This document shows positions 1 to 12,950 of a stretch of 64,000 nucleotides of DNA, one piece after another. The number at the start of each line of letters is the position of its first letter. The stretch's first letter is position 1. The DNA comes from the human T2T-CHM13v2.0 reference genome, Homo sapiens. The notes under the pieces were generated by a model. That model was not told the origin of the DNA, searched no databases, and saw only the letters and a program-made list of their open reading frames with translations. The stretch lies in NCBI RefSeq assembly GCF_009914755.1, contig NC_060927.1; one strand, given 5' to 3'. Position numbers and translations under genes: made by a program.

Positions 1-918
1 AAATATCAAAGTACACCAGATATATATTCTACAGTGTACATAAAATATCAAAGTACCCAAACTATACATTATATACTGTACATAAAATATGAAATTACAT
101 CAAATATATATTATATTAAGTACATAAAATACGAAAGTACATCAAATATAGATTATATACTGTACATAAAATATCAAAGTACCCCAATATATATTATATA
201 CTGTACATGAAATATCAAAGTTCACAAACTATATATTATGTACTGTACATAAAATATCAAAGTACCCAAAGCATGTATTATATAATGTACATAAAATATG
301 AAAGTACATCAAATATATATTTTATTCTGTACATAAAATATCAAAGTACACCAGATATATATTCTATAGCGTACATAAAATATCAAAGTACACAAACTAT
401 ACATTATATACTGTACATAAAATATGAAATTACATCAAATATATATTATATTAGGTAAATGAAATATGAAAGTACATCAAATATAGATTATATACTGTAC
501 ATAAAATATGAAAGAACCCCAAATACATATTATATACTCTACATGAAATATCAAAGTTCACAAACTATATATTATATACTGTACATAAAATATCAAAGTA
601 CCCAAGGTATATATTCTATACTGTACAAAAAATATCAAAGTATCCAGAGCATGTATTATATACTGTATATAAAATATGAAAGTACATCAAATATATATTT
701 TATTCTGTACATAAAATATCAAAGTACACCAGATATATATTCTATAGCGTACATAAAATATCAAAGTACACAAACTATACATTATATACTGTACATAAAA
801 TATGAAATTACATCAAATATATATTATATTAGGTACATAAAATATGAAAGTACATCAAATATAGACTATATACTGTAAATATAATATCAATGTACCCCAA
901 ATATATATTTTATACTCT

Positions 919-1296
919 ACATGAAATATCAAAGTTCACAAACCATATATTATATACTGTACATAAAATATCAAAGTACCCAAGGTATATATTCTATACT
1001 GTACAAAAAATATCAAAGTACCCAAAGCATGTATTATATACTGTACATAAAATATGAAAGTACATCAAATATATATTTTATTCTGTACATAAAATATCAA
1101 AGTACACCAGATATATATTCTATAGTGTACATAAAATATCAAAGTACCCAAACTATACATTATATACTGTACATAAAATATGAAATTACATCAAATATAT
1201 ATTATATTAGGTAAATGAAATATGAAAGTACATCAAATATAGATTATATACTGTACATAAAATATGAAAGTACCCCAAATATATATTATATACTCT
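919..1296 (+). repeat. Exemplar 378-bp higher-order unit of 9 distinguishable monomers, which tiles the whole window
   Basis: Fixed monomer order: m1 acatgaaa..ttcacaaac, m2 ..acccaaggt..ttct, m3 acaaaaaa..aagcatgt, m4 ..gaaagtacatc..ttttattc, m5 ..acaccagat..tagtgt, m6 ..aactatacat, m7 ..gaaattacatc..ttaggt, m8 ..atatagatt, m9 ..accccaaat. The m1 ATG recurs at 543, 921 and 1299 (378-bp spacing). The 378-bp 9-mer is the known dominant periodicity of HSat1A. Confidence 0.95.
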
Positions 1297-4102
1297 ACAT
1301 GAAATATCAAAGTTCACAAACTATATATTATATACTGTACATAAAATATCAAAGTACCCAAGGTATATATTCTATACTGTACAAAAAATATCAAAGTATC
1401 CAAAGCATGTATTATATACTGTATATAAAATATGAAAGTACATCAAATATATATTTTATTCTGTACATAAAATATCAAAGTACACCAGATATATATTCTA
1501 TAGTGTATATAAAATATCAAAGTACCCAAACTATACATTATATACTGTACATAAAATATGAAATTACAGCAAATATATATTATATTAGGTACATAAAATA
1601 TGAAAGTACATCAAATATAGATTATATACTCTACATTAAATACCAAAGTACCCCAAATATATATTTTATACTGTACATGAAATATCAAAGTTCACAAACT
1701 ATATATTATATACTGTACATAAAATATCAATGTACCCAAGGTATATATTCTATACTGCACAAAAAATATCAAAGTACCCAAAGCATGTATTATATACTGT
1801 ATATAAAATATGAAAGTACATCAAATATATATTTTATTCTGTACATAAAATATCAAAGTACACCAGATATATATTCTATAGTGTACATAAAATATCAAAG
1901 TACCCAAACTATACATTATATACTGTACATAAAATATGAAATTACATCAAATATATATTATATTAGGTACATAAAATACGAAAGTACATCAAATATAGAT
2001 TATATACTGTACATAAAATATGAAAGTACCCCAATATATATTATATACTCTACATGAAATATCAAAGTTCACAAACTATATATTATGTACTGTACATAAA
2101 ATATCAAACTACCCAAGGTATATATTCTATACTGTACAAAAAATATCAAAGTACCCAAAGCATGTATTATATAATGTACATAAAATATGAAAGTACATCA
2201 AATATATATTTTATTCTGTACATAAAATATCAAAGAACACCAGATATATATTCTATAGTGTACATAAAATATCAAAGTACCCAAACTATACATTATATAC
2301 TGTACATAAAATATGAAATTACAGCAAATATATATTATATTAGGTACATAAAATATGAAAGTACATCAAATATAGATTATATACTGTACATTAAATACCA
2401 AAGTACCCCAAATATATATTTTATACTGTACATGAAATATCAAAGTTCACAAACTATATATTATATACTGTAAATAATATATCAATGTACCCAAGGTATA
2501 TATTCTATACTGCACAAAAAATATCAAAGTACCCAAAGCATGTATTATATACTGTATATAAAATATGAAAGTACATCAAATATATATTTTATTCTGTACA
2601 TAAAATATCAAAGTACACCAGATATATATTCTATAGTGTACATAAAATAACAAAGTACACAAACTATAAATTATATCCTGTACATAAAATATGAAATTAC
2701 ATCAAATATATATTAGGTACATAAAATATGAAAGTACATCAAATATAGATTATATACTGTACATTAAGTACCAAAGTACACCAAATATATATTTTATTCT
2801 GTACATAAAATATCAAAGTACACCAGATATATATTCTATAGTGTACATAAAATATCAAAGTACCCAAACTATACATTATATACTGTACATAAAATATGAA
2901 ATTACATCAAATATATATTATATTAGGTAAATGAAATATGAAAGTACATCAAATATAGATTATATACTGTACATAAAATATGAAAATACCCCAAATATAT
3001 ATTATATACTCTACATGAAATATCAAAGTTCACAAACTATATATTATATACTGTACATAAAATATCAAAGTACCCAAGGTATATATTCTATACTGTACAA
3101 AAAATATCAAAGTATCCAAACATGTATTATATACTGTATATAAAATATGAAAGTACATCAAATATATATTTTATTCTGTACATAAAATATCAAAGTACAC
3201 CAGATATATATTCTATAGTGTACATAAAATATCAAAGTACCCAAACTATACATTATATACTGTACATAAAATATGAAATTACAGCAAATATATATTATAT
3301 TAGGTACATAAAATATGAAAGTACATCAAATATAGATTATATACTCTACATTAAATACCAAAGTACCCCAAATATATATTTTATACTGTACATGAAATAT
3401 CAAAGTTCACAAACTATATATTATATACTGTACATAAAATATCAATGTACCCAAGGTATATATTCTATACTGCACAAAAAATATCAAAGTACCCAAAGCA
3501 TGTATTATATACTGTATATAAAATATGAAAGTACATCAAATATATATTTTATTCTGTACATAAAATATCAAAGTACACCAGATATATATTCTATAGTGTA
3601 CATAAAATATCAAAGTACCCAAACTATACATTATATACTGTACATAAAATATGAAATTACATCAAATATATATTATATTAGGTACATAAAATACGAAAGT
3701 ACATCAAATATAGATTATATACTGTACATAAAATATGAAAGTACCCCAATATATATTATATACTCTACATGAAATATCAAAGTTCACAAACTATATATTA
3801 TGTACTGTACATAAAATATCAAACTACCCAAGGTATATATTCTATACTGTACAAAAAATATCAAAGTACCCAAAGCATGTATTATATAATGTACATAAAA
3901 TATGAAAGTACATCAAATATATATTTTATTCTGTACATAAAATATCAAAGAACACCAGATATATATTCTATAGTGTACATAAAATATCAAAGTACCCAAA
4001 CTATACATTATATACTGTACATAAAATATGAAATTACAGCAAATATATATTATATTAGGTACATAAAATATGAAAGTACATCAAATATAGATTATATACT
4101 GT
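1066..4102 (+). repeat. Pair of related blocks of about 1.3 kb (about 1,066-2,387 and about 2,782-4,102), offset 1,715-1,716
   Basis: 1215/2931 and 2054/3769. Shared variants ggtaaatgaa, ctctacattaaatacc, caaactacc and aagaacacc. Confidence 0.78.
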
Positions 4103-7100
4103 AAATATAATATCAATGTACCCCAAATATATATTTTATACTCTACATGAAATATCAAAGTTCACAAACCATATATTATATACTGTACATAAAATATCAA
4201 AGTAAACAAGGTATATATTCTATACTGTACAAAAAATATCAAAGTACCCAAAGCATGTATTATATACTGTACATAAAATATGAAAGTACATCAAATATAT
4301 ATTTTATTCTGTACATAAAATATCAAAGTACACCAGATATATATTCTATAGTGTACATAAAATATCAAAGTACCCAAACTATACATTATATACTGTACAT
4401 AAAATATGAAATTACATCAAATATATATTATATTAGGTAAATGAAATATGAAAGTACATCAAATATAGATTATATACTGTACATAAAATATGAAAGTACC
4501 CCAAATATATATTATATACTCTACATGAAATATCAAAGTTCACAAACTATATATTATATACTGTCCATAAAATATCAAAGTACCCAAGGTATATATTTTA
4601 TACTGTACAAAAAATATCAAAGTACCCAAAGCATGTATTATATACTATACCTAAAATATGAAAGTACATCAAATATATATTTTATTCTGTACATAAAATA
4701 TCAAAGTACACCAGATATATATTCTACAGTGTATATAAAATATCAAAGTACCCAAACTATACATTATATACTGTACATAAAATATGAAATTACATCAAAT
4801 ATATATTATATTAGGTACATAAAATATGAAAGTACATGAAGTATAGATTATATACTGTACATAAAATATCAAAGTACCCCAAATTTATATTATATACTAT
4901 ACATGAAATATCAAAGTTCACAAACTATATATTATATACTGTACATAAAATATCAAAGTACCCAAGGTATATATTCTATAGTGTACAAAAAATATCAAAG
5001 TACCCAAAGCATGTATTATATACCGTACGTAAAATATAAAATTACATCAAATATATATTTTATTCTGTACATAAAATATCAAAGTACACCAGATATATAT
5101 ACTATAGTGTACATAAAATATCAAAGTACCCAAACTATACATTATACACTGCACATAAAATATGAAATTACATCAAATATATATTAGGTACATAAAATAT
5201 GAAAGTATATCAAATATAGATTATATACTGTAAATATAATATCAATGTACCCCAAATATATATTTTATACTCTACATGAAATATCAAAGTTCACAAACCA
5301 TATATTATATACTGTACATAAAATATCAAAGTACCCAAGATATATATTCTATACTGTACAAAAAATATCAAAGTACCCAAAGCATGTATTATATACTGTA
5401 CATAAAATATGAAAGTACATCAAATATATATTTTATTCTGTACATAAAATATCAAAGTACACCAGATATATATTCTATAGTGTACATAAAATATCAAAGT
5501 ACCCAAACTATACGTTATATACTGTACATAAAATATGAAATTACATCAAATATATATTATATTAGGTACATGAAATTTGAAAGTACATCAAATATAGATT
5601 ATATACTGTACATAAAATATGAAAGTACCCCAAATATATATTATATACTCTACATGAAATATCAAAGTTCACAAACCATATATTATATACTGTACATAAA
5701 ATATCAAAGTACCCAAGGTATATATTCTATACTGTACAAAAAATATCAAAGTATCCAAAGCATGTATTATATACTGTATATAAAATATGAAAGTACATCA
5801 AATATATATTTTATTCTGTACATAAAATATCAAAGTACACCAGATATATATTCTATAGTGTACATAAAATATCAAAGTACCCAAACTATACATTATATAC
5901 TGTACATAAAATATGAAATTACAGCAAATATATATTATATTAGGTACATAAAATATGAAAGTACATCAAATATAGACTATATACTCTACATTAAATACCA
6001 AAGTACCCCAAATATATATTTTATACTGTACATGAAATATCAAAGTTCACAAACTATATATTATATACTGTACATAAAATATCAATGTACCCAAGGTATA
6101 TATTCTATACTGTACAAAAAATATCAAAGTACCCAAAGCATGTATTATATACTGTATATAAAATATGAAAGTACATCAAATATATATTTTATTCTGTACA
6201 TAAAATATCAAAGTACACCAGATATATATTCTATAGTGTACATAAAATATCAAAGTACCCAAACTATACATTATATACTGTACATAAAATATGAAATTAC
6301 ATCAAATATATATTATATTAGGTACATAAAATACGAAAGTACATCAAATATAGATTATATACTGTACATAAAATATGAAAGTACCCCAATATATATTATA
6401 TACTCTACATGAAATATCAAAGTTCACAAACTATATATTATGTACTGTACATAAAATATCAAACTACCCAAGGTATATATTCTATACTGTACAAAAAATA
6501 TCAAAGTACCCAAAGCATGTATTATATAATGTACATAAAATATGAAAGTACATCAAATATATATTTTATTCTGTACATAAAATATCAAAGAACACCAGAT
6601 ATATATTCTATAGTGTACATAAAATATCAAAGTACCCAAACTATACATTATATACTGTACATAAAATATGAAATTACATCAAATATATATTATATTAGGT
6701 ACAGAAAATATGAAAGTACATCAAATATAGATTATATACTGTAAATATAATATCAATGTACCCCAAATATATATTTTATACTCTACATGAAATATCAAAG
6801 TTCACAAACCATATATTATATACTGTACATAAAATATCAAAGTACCCAAGGTATATATTCTATACTGTACAAAACATATCAAAGTACCCAAAGCATGTAT
6901 TATATACTATACCTAAAATATGAAAGTACATCAAATATATATTTTATTCTGTACATAAAATTTCAAAGTACACCAGATATATATTCTACAGTGTACATAA
7001 AATATCAAAGTACCCAAACTATACATTATATACTGTACATAAAATATGAAATTACATCAAATATATATTATATTAGGTACATAAAATACGAAAGTACATC

Positions 7101-10100
7101 AAATATAGATTATATACTGTACATAAAATATCAAAGTACCCCAATATATATTATATACTGTACATGAAATATCAAAGTTCACAAACTATATATTATGTAC
7201 TGTACATAAAATATCAAAGTACCCAAGGTATATATTCTATACTGAACAAAAAATATCAAAGTACCCAAAGCATGTATTATATAATGTACATAAAATATGA
7301 AAGTACATCAAATATATATTTTATTCTGTACATAAAATATCAAAGTACACCAGATATATATTCTATAGCGTACATAAAATATCAAAGTACACAAACTATA
7401 CATTATATACTGTACATAAAATATGAAATTACATCAAATATATATTATATTAGGTAAATGAAATATGAAAGTACATCAAATATAGATTATATACTGTACA
7501 TAAAATATGAAAGTACCCCAAATATATATTATATACTCTACATGAAATATCAAAGTTCACTAACTATATATTATATACTGTACATAAAATATCAAAGTAC
7601 CCAAGGTATATATTCTATACTGTACAAAAAATATCAAAGTATCCAAAGCATGTATTATATACTGTATATAAAATATGAAAGTACATCAAATATATATTTT
7701 ATTCTGTACATAAAATATCAAAGTACACCAGATATATATTCTATAGCGTACATAAAATATCAAAGTACACAAACTATACATTCTATACTGTACATAAAAT
7801 ATGAAATTACATCAAATATATATTATATTAGGTACATAAAATATGAAAGTACATCAAATATAGATTATATACTGTAAATATAATATCAATGTACCCCAAA
7901 TATATATTTTATACTCTACATGAAATATCAAAGTTCACAAACCATATATTATATACTGTACATAAAATATCAAAGTACCCAAGGTATATATTCTATACTG
8001 TACAAAAAATATCAAAGTATCCAAAGCATGTATTATATACTGTATATAAAATATGAAAGTACATCAAATATATATTTTATTCTGTACATAAAATATCAAA
8101 GTACACCAGATATATATTCTATAGTGTACATAAAATATCAAAGTACCCAAACTATACATTATATACTGTACATAAAATATGAAATTACAGCAAATATATA
8201 TTATATTAGGTACATAAAATATGAAAGTACATCAAATATAGACTATATACTCTACATTAAATACCAAAGTACCCCAAATATATATTTTATACTGTACATG
8301 AAATATCAAAGTTCACAAACTATATATTATATACTGTACATAAAATATCAATGTACCCAAGGTATATATTCTATACTGCACAAAAAATATCAAAGTACCC
8401 AAAGCATGTATTATATACTGTATATAAAATATGAAAGTACATCAAATATATATTTTATTCTGTACATAAAATATCAAAGTACACCAGATATATATTCTAT
8501 AGTGTACATAAAATATCAAAGTACCCAAACTATACATTATATACTGTACATAAAATATGAAATTACATCAAATATATATTATATTAGGTACATAAAATAC
8601 GAAAGTACATCAAATATAGATTATATACTGTACATAAAATATGAAAGTACCCCAATATATATTATATACTCTACATGAAATATCAAAGTTCACAAACTAT
8701 ATATTATGTACTGTACATAAAATATCAAACTACCCAAGGTATATATTCTATACTGTACAAAAAATATCAAAGTACCCAAAGCATGTATTATATAATGTAC
8801 ATAAAATATGAAAGTACATCAAATATATATTTTATTCTGTACATAAAATATCAAAGAACACCAGATATATATTCTATAGTGTACATAAAATATCAAAGTA
8901 CCCAAACTATACATTATATACTGTACATAAAATATGAAATTACATCAAATATATATTATATTAGGTACATAAAATATGAAAGTACATCAAATATAGATTA
9001 TATACTGTAAATAAAATATCAATGTACCCCAAATATATATTTTATACTCTACATGAAATATCAAAGTTCACAAACCATATATTATATACTGTACATAAAA
9101 TATCAAAGTACCCAAGGTATATATTCTATACTGTACAAAAAATATCAAAGTACCCAAAGCATGTATTATATACTATACCTAAAATATGAAAGTACATCAA
9201 ATATATATTTTATTCTGTACATAAAATATCAAAGTACACCAGATATATATTCTACAGTGTACATAAAATATCAAAGTACCCAAACTATACATTATATACT
9301 GTACATAAAATATGAAATTACATCAAATATATATTATATTAGGTACATAAAATACGAAAGTACATCAAATATAGATTATATACTGTACATAAAATATCAA
9401 AGTACCCCAATATATATTATATACTGTACATGAAATATCAAAGTTCACAAACTATATATTATGTACTGTACATAAAATATCAAAGTACCCAAGGTATATA
9501 TTCTATACTGTACAAAAAATATCAAAGTACCCAAAGCATGTATTATATAATGTACATAAAATATGAAAGTACATCAAATATATATTTTATTCTGTACATA
9601 AAATATCAAAGTACACCAGATATATATTCTATAGCGTACATAAAATATCAAAGTACACAAACTATACATTATATACTGTACATAAAATATGAAATTACAT
9701 CAAATATATATTATATTAGGTACATAAAATACGAAAGTACATCAAATATAGATTATATACTGTACATAAAATATCAAAGTACCCCAATATATATTATATA
9801 CTGTACATGAAATATCAAAGTTCACAAACTATATATTATGTACTGTACATAAAATATCAAAGTACCCAAGGTATATATTCTATACTGTACAAAAAATATC
9901 AAAGTACCCAAAGCATGTATTATATAATGTACATAAAATATGAAAGTACATCAAATATATATTTTATTCTGTACATAAAATATCAAAGAACACCAGATAT
10001 ATATTCTATAGTGTACATAAAATATCAAAGTACCCAAACTATACATTATATACTGTACATAAAATATGAAATTACATCATATATATATTAGGTACATAAA

Positions 10101-12950
10101 ATATGAAAGTACATCAAATATATATTTTATTCTGTACATAAAATATCAAAGTACACCAGATATATATTCTATAGTGTACATAAAATAACAAAGTACACAA
10201 ACTATAAATTATATACTGTACGTAAAATATGAAATTACATCAAATATATATTAGGTACATAAAATATGAAAGTACATCAAATATAGATTATATACTGTAC
10301 ATATAATATCAATGTACCCGAAATATATATTTTATACTCTACATGAAATATCAAAGTTCACAAACCATATATTGTATACTGCACATAAAATATCAAAATA
10401 CCCAAGGTATATATTCTATACTGTACAAAAAATATCAAAGTACCCAAAGCAGGTATTATATACTGTACATAAAATATGAAAGTACATCAAATATATATTT
10501 TATTCTGTACATAAAATATCAAAGTACACCAGATATATATTCTATAGCGTACATAAAATATCAAAGTACACAAACTATACATTATATACTGTACATAAAA
10601 TATGAAATTACATCAAATATATATTATATTAGGTACATAAAATATGAAAGTACATCAAATATAGATTATATACTGTAAATATAATATCAATGTACCCCAA
10701 ATATATATTTTATACTCTACATGAAATATCAAAGTTCACAAACCATATATTATATACTGTACATAAAATATCAAAGTACCCAAGGTATATATTCTATACT
10801 GTACAAAAAATATCAAAGTACCCAAAGCATGTATTATATACTGTACATAAAATATGAAAGTACATCAAATATATATTTTATTCTGTACATAAAATATCAA
10901 AGTACACCAGATATATATTCTATAGCGTACATAAAATATCAAAGTACCCAAACTATACATTATATACTGTACATAAAATATGAAATTACATCAAATATAT
11001 ATTATATTAGGTAAATGAAATATGAAAGTACATCAAATATAGATTATATACTGTACATAAAATATGAAAGTACCCCAAATATATATTATATACTCTACAT
11101 GAAATATCAAAGTTCACAAACCATATATTATATACTGTCCATAAAATATCAAAGTACCCAAGGTATATATTTTATACTGTACAAAAAATATCAAAGTACC
11201 CAAAGCATGTATTATATACTATACCTAAAATATGAAAGTACATCAAATATATATTTTATTCTGTACATAAAATATCAAAGTACACCAGATATATATTCTA
11301 CAGTGTATATAAAATATGAAAGTACCCAAACTATACATTATATACTGTACATAAAATATGAAATTACATCAAATATATATTATATTAGGTACATAAAATA
11401 TGAAAGTACATGAAGTATAGATTATATACTGTACATAAAATATCAAAGTACCCCAAATTTATATTATATACTATACATGAAATATCAAAGTTCACAAACT
11501 ATATATTATATACTGTACATAAAATATCAAAGTACCCAAGGTATATATTCTATAGTGTACAAAAAATATCAAAGTACCCAAAGCATGTATTATATACCGT
11601 ACGTAAAATATAAAATTACATCAAATATATATTTTATTCTGTACATAAAATATCAAAGTACACCAGATATATATACTATAGTGTACATAAAATATCAAAG
11701 TACCCAAACTATACATTATACACTGCACATAAAATATGAAATTACATCAAATATATATTAGGTACAGAAAATATGAAAGTACATCAAATATAGATTATAT
11801 ACTGTAAATATAATATCAATGTACCCCAAATATATATTTTATACTCTACATGAAATATCAAAGTTCACAAACCATATATTATATACTGTACATAAAATAT
11901 CAAAGTACCCAAGGTATATATTCTATACTGTACAAAAAATATCAAAGTACCCAAAGCATGTATTATATACTGTACATAAAATATGAAAGTACATCAAATA
12001 TATATTTTATTCTGTACATAAAATATCAAAGTACACCAGATATATATTCTATAGTGTACATAAAATATCAAAGTACCCAAACTATACATTATATACTGTA
12101 CATAAAATATGAAATTACATCAAATATATATTATATTAGGTACATGAAATTTGAAAGTACATCAAATATAGATTATATACTGTACATAAAATATGAAAGT
12201 ACCCCAAATATATATTATATACTCTACATGAAATATCAAAGTTCACAAACTATATATTATATACTGTACATAAAATATCAAAGTACCCAAGGTATATATT
12301 CTATACTGTACAAAAAATATCAAAGTATCCAAAGCATGTATTATATACTGTATATAAAATATGAAAGTACATCAAATATATATTTTATTCTGTACATAAA
12401 ATATCAAAGTACACCAGATATATATTCTATAGTGTACATAAAATATCAAAGTACCCAAACTATACATTATATACTGTACATAAAATATGAAATTACAGCA
12501 AATATATATTATATTAGGTACATAAAATATGAAAGTACATCAAATATAGATTATATACTGTATATTAAATACCAAAGTACCCCAAATATATATTTTATAC
12601 TGTACATGAAATATCAAAGTTCACAAACTATATATTATATACTGTACATAAAATATCAATGTACCCAAGGTATATATTCTATACTGCACAAAAAATATCA
12701 AAGTACCCAAAGCATGTATTATATACTGTATATAAAATATGAAAGTACATCAAATATATATTTTATTCTGTACATAAAATATCAAAGTACACCAGATATA
12801 TATTCTATAGTGTACATAAAATATCAAAGTACCCAAACTATACATTATATACTGTACATAAAATATGAAATTACATCAAATATATATTATATTAGGTACA
12901 TAAAATACGAAAGTACATCAAATATAGATTATATACTGTACATAAAATAT
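4040..12950 (+). repeat. Pair of related blocks of about 2.3 kb (about 4,040-6,375 and about 10,615-12,950), offset 6,574
   Basis: 4147/10721, 4441/11015, 4836/11410, 4903/11477, 5276/11850. Shared variants ctgtccata, ctataccta, acatgaagtatag, ccgtacgt and gaaatttga. Confidence 0.82.

Noticed and set aside
4836-5039. Alternative-frame 67-aa ORF family (MKYRLYTVHKISKYPK...) recurring about ten times
   Set aside because: It is created by one variant unit (acatgaagtatag) that supplies an ATG. Its recurrence reflects block duplication.
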